Source: Chlorokybus atmophyticus (taxonomy: Eukaryota > Plantae > Mesostigma and Chlorokybus algae). Taken from it: DNA of 63,872 bases. Positions 44,321 to 56,386 of this stretch are shown here, piece by piece. The notes under the pieces are model-generated. The model was not told where the DNA came from. It saw nothing but the letters and a program-made list of their open reading frames with translations, and made no database searches. How positions within the stretch are numbered: the stretch's first letter is position 1; each line of letters begins with the position of its first letter. The DNA is taken from positions 559,931-623,802 of the forward strand of contig RHPI01003488.1 of assembly GCA_009103225.1 (NCBI GenBank). The letters are read 5' to 3'. The position numbers were made by a program, and so were the translations under genes.

Positions 44321-47300
44321 NNNNNNNNNNNNNNNNNNNNNNNNNNNNNNNNNNNNNNNNNNNNNNNNNNNNNNNNNNNNNNNNNNNNNNNNNNNNNNNN
44401 NNNNNNNNNNNNNNNNNNNNNNNNNNNNNNNNNNNNNNNNNNNNNNNNNNNNNNNNNNNNNNNNNNNNNNNNNNNNNNNNNNNNNNNNNNNNNNNNNNNN
44501 NNNNNNNNNNNNNNNNNNNNNNNNNNNNNNNNNNNNNNCCGCCCCCCCCCCCCCGCGTCACAAGTTAGTGTTGGACTAGGTGTTAGTTTGAGTGTTGCAG
44601 CAAGCATAGTCAAGGAGCTTCAGCGCCACACGTTTGTAGTCAAAATTCCGCATTATCCTATAAGCGTGGCTGGCAACTGAGCTGACACGGTGTGTGACTT
44701 AGCCCAATACTGAACGTGCCAACAACAAAAGCCAAGTGCATGCCAGCAAACGACAAGCCACAGTGAGTATTGCCCCCATGCTGCCGCACCATCACATTGC
44801 GCTTGTCGGGTAGCATGCATGCAGCTTATAGCATGCTGCCTGCAGGCAAACGTTACTATGGCTGCAAAGGGTTGCCAGAATGCGATCCGTAAGCCGATGA
44901 AGAAACGGAAGCAGTGCTCCAAGGATGGTGGTCGCAGCTGTGTTGAGCAGGTGCAACCACCCCCGGCTGCCACAGTGACAGAGGCGTGTGGCAACCAGCA
45001 CCGAGTGAAGCGGAGTAGGCGTGACCAAGTCGGACATCGCGAGCCGGAGAACGCATGTGTAGCTAGTCTGCCCCATCTGCCAGCTGTGCCGGCACTTGCA
45101 CAGCATCTACGCTTGAACGCAGCAGAGGCAGCAGAAATTGTTGCAAAGGAGCAGCTTGAAGCGGCTGCTCTGGCGTATGCAAGTGCTCAGGTGCGACATG
45201 TCTTACATTGTGTATCCCCTACATATGTGCGTTTCAGCTGGCGAGCGTTTATCCAAGTTGTGCATGGGCAGGAACGCATGAAGCAATTGAGGCTCGAAAT
45301 TGAGAGAGCGCGTCAGTCAACACCGATGCCACCAGCAGCGGACTCTCCAAGAATAGCCATGGTTGGACCCCAACGCAAGGCGCAACCGCAAGCAGCAACC
45401 CCATCGGCACCAGAGGTAAGACCGCTGTTAGTTGGGCGCTGCATATGCCTGCTACTGCTCAAGTTTACAGTCACTGCCATTAGTCCTTGCCAGAAGCAGC
45501 GTGGCGACCAAACATGCTGCTTTGTTGACAGATTGGTGCACGTGAGGGCGTCAAGACCCCGTGTGACGAAGCGAGTTCGTCATTTGCACAGCAGGCTCTG
45601 CACCGGCATCTGTTTACTGCGAATAGTGACCCAAAAGTTCAGAGTCCCACGCAATCTGCAAGCAATCTGTTATCGTTTGTGCCATCTACCATAGAGACTG
45701 GATGCAGTGGACAACCACACGCAGATCACCACGCTCAGGAGGACATTGAAGCGTGTGCTGATTCGGGCATGTTACCAGAAGCGGGCGTGCAGGCACGATC
45801 TGCAGGAGACATTGCCGCAACTCTTCGAACGCAGGTGCTTCTAGTAACTGTACTTGTTGCCATGCATAAAAACGCTGTCTGTTGACAAGCCATGGCTTAT
45901 AGCAAGTGCAAGTCATCTGGCTTCTGCGATGTTACCTGCTATGTTGCTCAGTCATGGTGTCAACAGGAAGCTGCCTGCGGTGATTCTGAACATCAAGCCG
46001 CTCCGAACAGCGTGGATCAAGGGAAAGACTGGCGACAGCAAGCAGCCGTGCTGGATGGCGATGGGCAATCTGTTGCTGCAGAGCTGCCTACACGAGCAGC
46101 GTCGCCTGCACCAATGCTTCAGCCACCTCAACGCCAAAGGCAGGCGCAGAGGGAGACATCAGCTGCACACGGCAACCTACAAACCTCTCAGAAGCCCGCT
46201 ATGGCATCAAGGGCGGAGGACGCTGTTCCCATACCACATGCCGTCGCACAGGATGCAGTAGTAGCTGGGCACAGCCAGTCCATGCTCGCACCTGGCAGTG
46301 GACGAGCCAGCGACACACATGTGCCATCTGCTGCTTGTGATCAGGTGCAGGCAGAGGGGGAGCGATGCCACGCTGGCCAGACCTGCAGCCCAAGTCTTGG
46401 CCTGGCGAGTCCAGCGCAAACCACACATGTTCGCCAAGCTGCCAAGGCTGTCAGCGACATCCAGGTTAGTCACCGGCATTGTTGCAACAGCGTTGTTGGC
46501 GGCACTGGTTGCGCAAGCCTGTTTCAACAGCAGACAATGTTGTGCCCCCTTGCCTATTCTCTCGACTTGCTGTCACAGGGCACTGCGATGCGTGACGATG
46601 CGCCTCCGCCGCCGCCGCCTCACCCTGAGACACATACGTCTGCTGGCACAGCAGCAGCAGAACTGCTGAACAGCTGTCAACACACGCCACGAAAAACCAA
46701 GCGCGCGCAGCAAACTAACAACGCGCTGCCAATGGAGGCAAGTTCCATGGAGGCTTTGAACAGAGTTTGCAACGCGCCCATCTGCAGGGGAAGCCAGGGG
46801 GCTCTTCCGTATGCTCTAGGCAATGCTACCAACGCAAGGGCGTTGGCGCGGCGGGCTAGGAGCCGCACAGGGGGCGATCGCAGCGCGAGCAATGAGCTCC
46901 CGCCTGCAGCTGCCAATAAGCGTGGCGTTCAGGAGGCGGATGCATGCCGACGTGTGTTTGCCGAAACCTCGGCGGCCGGGGCAAGACGGCAGGCGCATGC
47001 CAGTGCGCAGCAGGATGCGCAGGGGCAGAGGACTCCGAACGTGCGCAGGCCGGTGGTGCTGCCCAGTCGCATCCCTGCGGTTAACGACACCATCGTAATC
47101 GTAGTCGACTCTGACTCTGAGCCAGTGTTACAGCCCTCCCATGCCGAGAACAACGATGTCGCGTCCCGTCTAAAGGGTGGCTCGCCACAATCGGGCAAGC
47201 GCTGCCGACTGGTGAGACTCAGTGCCTCGCAACAGCAGCCGCACGCGGAAGCAGCAGGCTTGCATCCGGTGGCGAAGGCTGCTGTTGAGGCGGATGCTGG

Positions 47301-48439
47301 CGCTGCGGGTGCAACCATGGAGACCATGCCGGATCCATGTCTGTGGTGTAGCGAGGCTGTCGACCGGATGGTGGAGCTGCCATGCGGACACGAGTTCCAC
47401 ATACCTTGCGTCTGCAACTGGTTGATCAATTGCCAGAACACGTGAGTGGCAGCAGGCTCGTGCATTGCAGTAGTGGGCAGTGTGCTGTCTGTTGACTCTG
47501 TGGTTTGTCATGCAGGTGCCCTCAGTGTCGGGCCCGAATCACGGATGTCGGCAGCCGGTAAGTAGCAGGGTGCTGAAGCTCTTTCTTCTTCCCGTGCTCG
47601 TACTCACTGCCATCGCCGCAGACACGTGCCCTTCATAAACCAGCGTGAGGCAACGGACGCGGATCAATTGCACTTGACAAGGACGGCACAGGAACTGCAA
47701 CTGAGCTGCATGGTGTGTAGCCGACGCAGTCAGTCGAAGTCTGACGAAGCCAGCTTTCTGCTATGTGATGGATGCCGCACAGGCGCTCACTTCCAGTGCA
47801 TCGGGCTTCCCACTGCTACCTTTCCAGTAAGCATTGGCAACTCGCGTTGTCTACTCAAACATGGCCTTCACAAGTGTTGCACTTTGAGTGGCCTGTGCTG
47901 TGTTGCCTGATGTCAATCTGACGTGTTTACTTGCCTGCTGCTGTGGTGCAGGGTGGATGGTTTTGTGACAGCTGCTACATCTCTGGGACTGCTCACCAGA
48001 TGGAGCCGTGTGCAAGCTGCAAAATCAACAAGTGCACGGCCCTTGAGTGTCGCTGGGTGAGTGGAACAATGCAAGCGCATTCCTCGCATTGCATTGGGTC
48101 GCTTTGCTGAGACGCAGATTCACTACAATAAGCCATCTTTGTTTGCAGTTTCATGGTCATGATGCGCCACCATTCAACTGGTTCTACTACCGCGACATGC
48201 ATGATCCAGTTACGCAAGGAAACCCTGACCGCCGCGCGCGTGCGCCTGCACCTGCCACGCGCGCGAAAAGAGTCAAGCTTGTGGATGGACTTGGCCCTTG
48301 CATGCGGTGCAAGCAACAGCGCAAGGGTGCAAAGCACTGCCGACTGGTATGTGGCTCCGTCGTGTTTTGTGTGCAGTGCACTCAATGCGCAGCTAACACC
48401 TCCTTACAGAAGGCAAAACATCCGTCAACCATGTTGTGA
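43985..48439 (+). CDS. RING-PHD finger protein (PHRF1-like architecture) with long low-complexity N-terminus, multi-exon
   Basis: NLS-like QKRRKKKRKQ in exon 1. RING CLWC...LPCGHEFHIPCVCNWL...T|CPQCR (about 47338-47535). PHD CMVC...LLCDGCRTGAHFQCIGLP...|GGWFCDSC (about 47707-47975). Terminal CMRCKQQRKGAKHCRL|KAKH. Start and some exon boundaries are inferred. Confidence 0.7.
44245..44320. repeat. Poly-C tract (76 nt) at an assembly-gap edge
   Basis: Direct reading; followed by Ns at 44321-44538. Confidence 0.8.
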
Positions 48440-49356
48440 AGAGTGGCAGTGGCTTCAGTCCTGTCTGCAGAGATCAGGTTGCTTGTAGTCTCAAGAACAT
48501 GTTCCGATTAGAGTGCAGTTGCAAACAGCTTCTAGTGTGACCATGTGTTTGCGCGAGAAACTGTCAGGTAGCAGCGGGACAGCTTGTGTTTCTCAAAGCC
48601 GTCTGTGTATGTGAAATCATGTCGGGAGCTTATCTGTGCTCGTGACCCTCCAAAACCCAACCATGCAGTCTTGAATTTGACATTGTTCTACTACATTGCA
48701 TACTACACTAGTAGTGCAAACCATCAGATTAAAAGTCATCAGTGTTGATACAACAGCATGCAAGCCAGCGCATTCAGGCAGGCGGGTGGTAGGATCAGGA
48801 TACGTTGCATTTGACACAACCACATACAATGAACCAAGGCTCATTAGGCACAAATGCAAGGAGGATCCACAGCATAGCACCATCAGTGCAGTCTGATAGC
48901 ATTTCAACAACTAAACATGTCGCACATCACCATCACCTGCCACACCTGGCAGTGTAGTCCCACAAAGCTCCGAACAGCACTGGAGGCACCGTCAGATAAA
49001 TGATCCTTGCAAACGTGCAGGGGTTTGAGGCAACGAAACAGCCAGCCAACCTGCAGAGCATGGCACATGGGCGAGGCTGTGGCAGGGATTGGGAGTATTG
49101 CGTGCATGCGCTCGCAGTTGAGAGGGCTGGCCATTGCTGCTGGCAGCTTACAAACTGTTTCGCGTGCAGTATGCTGTGGCCGCGTGCGTATGTGTATGAG
49201 TTTAATTTACATGTATATGAGTCTAATGCAGTATGTGCCATGCCGTGTGTGGTTCCCTTCCATTTTTCAGGTTTATGCACAAGGTGGATAGAATGCAGCA
49301 GACGCACTTCGTGTGTCAGCAATTGCAGTGCATGTGGTGTAATGAGCGAGCGTGCA

Positions 49357-51310
49357 ACCACCTGTGCGTGTGCCCGCATTGAAGACTGAGACCACGACAA
49401 GGGGCATGACAGAGACAGACAGACAGACAGACAGAGCGCGCGTGTTCCTGAGTGAGGGAGGTGAGAGCGTCTGGCCCACTGAAGGTCGTTCCGCAGCAGT
49501 GGGACTTGGGCAGCACGCGCTCCTGCACCGCCTCGTCGTGCAAACCCCTCGACGCCCGCCACAACCACGTGCTGTGTGGCGTTGCAAAGGGTGAGCAGTG
49601 GTTGACATAAGCGTCCAATGCAGTGAGTGCGCGTCGCACGTCGCGCGCAACCAACACATTGGGCATACTCTCACCCAGTGTTCTGTGCAAACAGCGACTG
49701 CAGCCGGTCTTTGCTCACGCGCGCCAGCTCGCCAATGGTGCCGATCTCCAGCTGCTCTACAATGACCGCTCCCAGCTTCCCACCCAGCTGTTTGCTGCCG
49801 TGACACAACATGTTGTCTCAACAAGTCCGGGACATCAAAGGATATACGCCTTGCTGCTTACAGCTTTTGCACGGGCAAGCCTTTGAGCAGAGCCTCATCT
49901 GCGTCGCTGGGCACGACAGTCTGCTGGTTGGGCTTGTGCATGCCGCTGGCCATCTTCGCCAGCATCTGCGAGGGGAGGATTGCCTTGAGCTCTCGTTCAG
50001 CTCTCATGCGCGCGTGCACGCACGCATGCGCGTACCCACGCATGCACATCTATGCATATACAGCCTCTGGTACGTCGACCGTCATCCCACACGCCGCACC
50101 TTGTTGTGCGCGATGCCGGCGGAGCAGGTGAAGCCCGTCTCGGCCAGCACGGCCGCACGCGCCTCCGCTATCAACGCCGCACCCGCCGCCGCGTGTCGGT
50201 TCTCCCCGACGGCGTGCACCAGCCAGTCTGCGGCCCCTCTCAACCTCACCTCCCTGCACAGGAAAACCATTGATGATCAGAAAGTAGCTACTCATATAGA
50301 ATCTGTGTCTGTGCGTGCTCACGTTGGCTGCAAGGATGTGGGATTGCAGAACGGGTGCGGGGATGGGAAGCAGGGTGTCCACTGACTTGTTGGCCTGCAA
50401 TCTGGTGGCGGCTGCCTTTGTGAGGTCGAGATACACCTCGTCGATGGACGCGCGCTCGCATCGGCCCAGTCTTCTGAGTACATTGATGACCTGATCACCA
50501 ACCATGGGCATTGTCGTCATGAGCAATCGTCGCACATGGTTGCGCGGTGCCAAGCATACCACATCCCAATGGAGGTTAACACATACCTCAGTTCCGGCGT
50601 CGCGGTAGATCGTGAGGTCAGCTTTGCCATGAGCCATTGGTACCTGCACAGCGTGCGTATTCTTCAAGGCTGTATCGAACTTGCAATCTCCAGCGCGTGT
50701 GTGCATGCTTCCCTAAATGTGCCCATGGATGGGTGTGCGTGCAAGCGGGTGGGTGCGTGCGTGTTGCGCGCGTGCAAGGTGGCGCTTGAGGTGGCGTGTA
50801 CATGTAGCAAACAGATGCCAAAGAGCTATGGTGAAACACTTACCGAGACCAACTCCAGATCAGGGCGTTTTTCACGCGCTTCGTCACCCTGCATATTACT
50901 GCAGCATAGTAGTAAGACAGCTACTGTTGGACAAAACAGCAGCAGCGTGCAATCCTCAGTGGTGGCGTACATGATGCTGCATGCAAGTTGACATGGCATG
51001 CAGCATCACTCCGCAACAACATTGCAAGCCAACAATGCGTGGGTAGATTGCCCCAGTGATACAGACATGTGTGCGCGTGCCAACCGTGTGACGCCTTTGG
51101 CACGGGCTTCGTAGTCGACAGCGATGAGCCCACCACCACGAAATTTCTTGTACTGCTTCACCGCTGTGGGCCTGTGGGCAACGATACCACCACAGTTGGC
51201 TAAAAGTGTGAATGCAAACAAATAAGACAATTGCTGCATGCACACCTGCCCTTGAGTTCGGGTTGCAGTCGCTGCGCATACTGGACATAAAAGCAATCCA
51301 GGTGCGCCAT
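49357..51310 (-). pseudogene. Truncated duplicate of DNA polymerase eta
   Basis: Exons and introns are colinear with 53745-55680. Lesions: HLDLDCF shortened to HLDCF, +1 frameshift (CCCC at 50234-50237 versus CCC at 54573-54575), EKCP changed to EKRP, and no little-finger or C-terminal exons. Confidence 0.88.
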
Positions 51311-51986
51311 GCAGGTGCTTTTAGTAACTGTACTTGTCGCCATGCATAAAACGCTGTCTGTTTACAAGCCATTTCTGCCTTGCAGCCTTGTCAACTTGCA
51401 ATAGCAAATACAAGTTGACAACGTCATCTGGCTTCTGCGATGTTACCTGCTATGTTGTTCAGTCATGGTGTCAACAGGAAGCTGCCTGTGGTGATTCTGA
51501 ACATCAAGCCGCTCCGAACGGCGTGGATCAAGGGAAAGGCCGGCGACAGCAAGCAGCCGTGCCGGATGGCGATGGGCAATCTGTTGCTGCAGAGCTGCCT
51601 ACACGAGCAGCGTCGCCTGCACCAATGCTTCAGCCACAGCCTCTACACCAAAGGCAGGCGCAGAGGGAGACATCAGCTGCACACGGCAACCTACAAACCT
51701 CTCCGAAGCCCGCTATGGCATCAAGGGCGGAGGACGCTGTTTCCACACCACATGCCGTCGCACAGGATGCAGTAGTAGCTGGGCACAGCCAGTCCATGCC
51801 CGCACCTGGCAGTGGACGAGCCGGCGACACACGTGTGCCATCTGCTGCTTGTGATCGGGTGCAGGCAGAGGGGGAGCGATGCCACGCTGGCCAGACCTGC
51901 AGCCCAGGTCTTGGCCTGGCGAGTCCAGCGCAAACCACACGTGTTCGCCAAGGCTGTCAGCGACAGGTTGGTCGCCCGCCATTGTT
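51311..51986 (+). pseudogene. Internal fragment of the RING-PHD gene (duplicate of 45831-46483)
   Basis: gcaggtgctt(t/c)tagtaactgtacttg... start and the SWCQQEAACGDSEHQAAPN exon are shared, roughly 90% identical by eye. It lacks both the start and the RING/PHD exons. Confidence 0.88.
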
Positions 51987-52484
51987 TGCACACATGGCCC
52001 TGCTTACGGCCGCGCACACCTTCACCTCCTGGTGTAGTGGTTGGGGCTTCCAATGGTGCGGGGTCACAAGTATCGTATCACCAGCAATGGCAACAATCCC
52101 AATGCGAGTGCACGTCAGGAACCTACAACACACATCAGGACCACACAGCCGCAACAGCCATGCCGCTGCATGAAATGCACGCCTTGGCCTAGTCTGTTTC
52201 GCAGCAGGATGGCTGCACCAGTGTGCTACCAGCCGGCAGTTGTGTGGACAGCAACCTGGGGGTGGTGCATCAGCTCTGATTGCTGTTGGCTTAGTATGAA
52301 ACACAGCCCAACCTATACTCCAATGCATGATACTCAATGCGCATACATGTAAATATCTTGATGGTGGTGAATGCTTGGGCGCGTGTATGTGAATGTTGCA
52401 TGTGCAGCAACAGAGTGCGCATATATGTCAGCATGTATGATGCAGCACCCTGTATACACCCCTAACATCTGGCAAAGCTATGAA

Positions 52485-55400
52485 TCATGTAATGCGCGAA
52501 AAGTAGTCTTCGAGCGATTGCGATTTGCGTCTCTTTGATGCGGCAGCTGATGGCAACGCCTCAGCGTCGTCACCGGCAGCATCGACAGCACCACCATGAG
52601 CGGGAAGATGCGCAGCAGCTGTGGTAAAGTACTGCTTAATGCCACCTTTCAGCGGGATCGCTTTGGTACCATGGGTGCTCTTGCTGCTGTTGTTCACCCC
52701 TGTGGAGTTGCTGATATCTGCAGAGGAGGGACCAGCTCTGTTCTGCTGCTGCACGCGCAGAGCCGCGCGCAGCTCCCGCTGCAGCTCCTCCGGCAGCTCC
52801 GCCATCACGCTCTCATCGAGTTCGGCCTCGTCGTATGGAAATGGCACAGGCACTGCCTTGACGGGCGTTGCTGACTGCCGCTGGGCGGGCGACTGTTGTT
52901 GTGGGATACAATGCGGGTCGCCATGAGGAGTGTTGTCATCAACACCTGTGGAGGCAGCAGACTGTTCCCGCGGTGATGATAGCTCGGCATCTGGTCTTGT
53001 GGATTGTAGGAACCTTGACATCACGCTTGGGTCCTGAGTACACAAGCCACCGGCCGAGTCACGCTTCAAAACGCTCATCATGTCATCAGAGAAAATAAAA
53101 CAACAATGTGGGAATGGCGCCAGATACTGCAGCGTTGGTTGCGCAGTGCAGGCGTGTAATGTAAACAATCGTGCTTTTGCGTATGCGCACGTGTGTCTGT
53201 GCATGCTGTGCGCATGTGCGTACATATGTTCGCATGCGCGCATCTCTATGCGTGTGTGTGCTCGTATGCTAGTGAACATGCCTGTGCAAAGATGCAGTTG
53301 CTTGTATACCAAGAACGACACCGCTATGTGTCCACATTGCATCACGCATGTGACACAACTCGCTCACCGCGCCAGCAGGGGCCATCCCGGTGGCGGCGAT
53401 GAACATGGAGGTGACCCCCCAGCCTGCGGTGTTGGGCGCAAGCATCTTGCGTGCGCACGCAAAGGCGTCCGCAGCCAAGCCCTCCGCTCCAGCAGAAGTC
53501 CTCAGCGGGCACGACCGTGACTGCGACTTCCCGCTCGGCTCCTCAGCCTGTACATGAGACATAGTGATTGTTTGTCATGTCGCTGCGTCACACACGCACC
53601 AGGAGCCAACCACACAGTGTGAAGGTGAACCTCGTACGTTGGAGAAGGTGATTTGGGTTGTAAGGAGGCGGCCCGTACGGCCGTGCTGCTGGAAATCCGC
53701 GGTCAGGCGCTCGTCCAGCTCCTGTGCCAGCTCCCCAAGCCAGTATCCCACCTGATGTGTGTCACTCAAGTATTGAAGATCAAGACAACGACAAGGGGCA
53801 TCACAGAGACAGAGCGCGCGTGCCTGGGTAAGGGAGGTGAGGGTGTCGGGCCCCCTAAAGGTCTTTCCGCAGCTGTGGGACTTGGGCAGCACGCGCTCCT
53901 GCACCGCCTCGTCGTGCAAACCCCGCGACGCCCGCCACAGCCATGTGCTGCGTGACAATGCAAAGGGTGGGCAGATGTTCACACAAATTGCCCATGCAGT
54001 GAGCGCGAGTTGTTCGTTGCATCCGACATGTTGGGCAAGCACTCACCCAGTGTTCTGTCCAAACAGCGACTGCAGCCGGTCTTCGCGCACTCGCGCCAGC
54101 TCGCCGATGGTGCCGATCCCCAGCTGCTCCACGATGGCCGCACCTAGCTTCCCACCCAGCTGTTTGCTGCCGTGACACAACATGTCATCTCAACAACTTG
54201 TGAACAACCGCATGCCGTCATGCTTACAGCTTTTTCACGGGCAGGTCTTTGAGTAGTGCCTCGACCGCGTCGCTGGGCACGACAGTCTGCTGGTTGGGCT
54301 TGTGCATACCGCTGGCCATCTTCGCCAGCATCTGCGAGGGGAGCGGTTGGTCTTGCGCATACGCGCGAACGCATACACATCTCCACGCATGCACACATCC
54401 AGCCTCTGGTACGATGACCGTTATCCCACACGCCGCACCTTGTTGTGCGCGATGCCGGCGGAGCAGGTGAAGCCCGTCTCGGCCAGCACGGCCGCACGCG
54501 CCTCCGCTATCAACGCCGCACCCGCCGCCACGTGTCGGTTCTCCCCGACGGCGTGCACCAGCCAGTCTGCGGCCCTCTCAACCTCACCTCCCTGCACAGG
54601 AAAACCATTGATGATCAGAAAATAGCTACTCATATAGAATCTGTGTCTGTGCGTGCTCACGTTGGCTGCAAGGATGTGGGATTGCAGAACGGGTGCGGGG
54701 ATGGGAAGCAGGGCGTCCACTGACTTGTTGGCCTGCAATCTGGTGGCGGCTGCCTCTGTGAGGTCGAGATACACCTCGTCGATGGACGCGCGCTCGCATC
54801 GGCCCAGTCTTCGGAGTACACTGATGACCTGATCACCAACCATGGGCATTGTCGTCATGAGCACTCGTCGCACATGGTTGCACGGTGCCAAGCATACCAC
54901 ATCCCAATGGAGGTCAACACATACCTCAGTTCCGGCGTCGCGGTAGATCGTGAGGTCAGCTTTGCCGTGAGCCATTGGTACCTGCACAGCGTGCGTATTC
55001 TTAAAGGCTGTATCGGATTTGCAATCTCTAGCGCGTGTGTGCATGCTTCCCTAAATGTGCCCATGGATGGGTGTGCGTGCAAGCGGGTGGGTGCGTGCGT
55101 GTTGCGCGCATTCAAGGTGGCGCTTGAGGTGGCGTGTAGATGTAGCAAACAGATGCCAAAGAGCTATGGTGAAACACTGACCGAGACCAACTCCAGATCA
55201 GGGCATTTCTCACGCGCTTCGTCACCCCGCATATTACTGCAGCATAGTAGTAAGACAGCTACTGTTGGGCGCGACAGCAGCAGCGTGCAATCCTCAGTGG
55301 TGGCGTACATGATGCTGCATGCAAGTTGACACGGCATGCAGCATCACTCCACAACAACATTGCAAGCCAACAATGCGTCGGTAGATTGCCCCAGTGATAG

Positions 55401-55735
55401 AGACATGTGTGCGCGTGCCAACCGTGTGACGCCTTTGGCACGGGCTTCGTAGCCGACAGCGATGAGCCCGCCACCACGAAAGTTCTTGTACTGCTTCACC
55501 GCTGTGGGCCTGTGGGCGTGTGCAACATCATTATCGCATCAGTTGTGCTGAGTGCAGCAGAGTACACGTGAATCGATAGGAGAGTGGCGCACGCACACCT
55601 GCCCTTGAGTTCTGGTTGAAGCCGCTGTGCGACCTGGACATAGAAGCAGTCCAGATCCAGATGCGCCACCACGCGCATCGTGCGCTGTTGATGTTGATGA
55701 CCATCACTCGCGGGAGGTGAGGCGGCATGCGCCAT
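52485..55735 (-). CDS. POLH: DNA polymerase eta (Y-family translesion polymerase), multi-exon
   Basis: VVAHLDLDCFYVQV; GLIAVGYEARAKGVTR|NMRGDEAREKCPDL; GKADLTIYRDAG; CERASIDEVYLDLT; GFTCSAGIAHNK|MLAKMASGMHKPNQQT; LGGKLG; LPKSHSCGKTF; UBM-like LDESVMAELPEELQREL; C-terminal NLS/PIP box KRRKSQSLEDYF. Confidence 0.92.
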
Positions 55736-56386
55736 GACTGGCGCAAGAGCAGATCGGTTGTAGCCTCCAAATGGCTACTGTCGATCAGGTTAGAGTTGAA
55801 ACTTCCTATCCCTGTCTGACTTCACTACACAACGCTAGCATTTTTGTGTCCTGCTTCTGGCTGTGTGTGTGCACCCGGCAGCTTGAAGACATGTTTCCCT
55901 AACAGCCCGCGCCTCGCCTACATGACACTGCGTTGCTGTTGCTCAAAACGCAGCCTCGTTGGGCTTCAGGCATGGCGTTGAAGACTCAGCTGCCGTGGAT
56001 GACCAGGCAGCAACCACCAACATGCAGGAGGTGGCCTGGTGAGCCTGGTACACCTGGTCTGGCCTGGCCTGCTGGCGCAGTAAAGTCATGCATCTGGCGC
56101 TTGCAATATTTGCGATTTGACTCCTTCATGGAGCGCTTCCGCCGCCTCCGCCTCCGCCTTCGACTTCGCCGCCTTCCCTAACAACGACGATAAGGATACA
56201 GCGCAGGATATGAACACTGTTGCCTTGAGCGGCGGCCCCGGCGGCGGCTTGAGGCTTACCTCGTTGGCTGTCAACACCTTGACTTACTGACGATTAATTT
56301 CTCAGCAGCGTCAATGACTCTCGGCTTCTAGAAAGTAGTAGTAGCTGATGTGAACACTGGTCACATACGCATATACAAGCAGCGTG

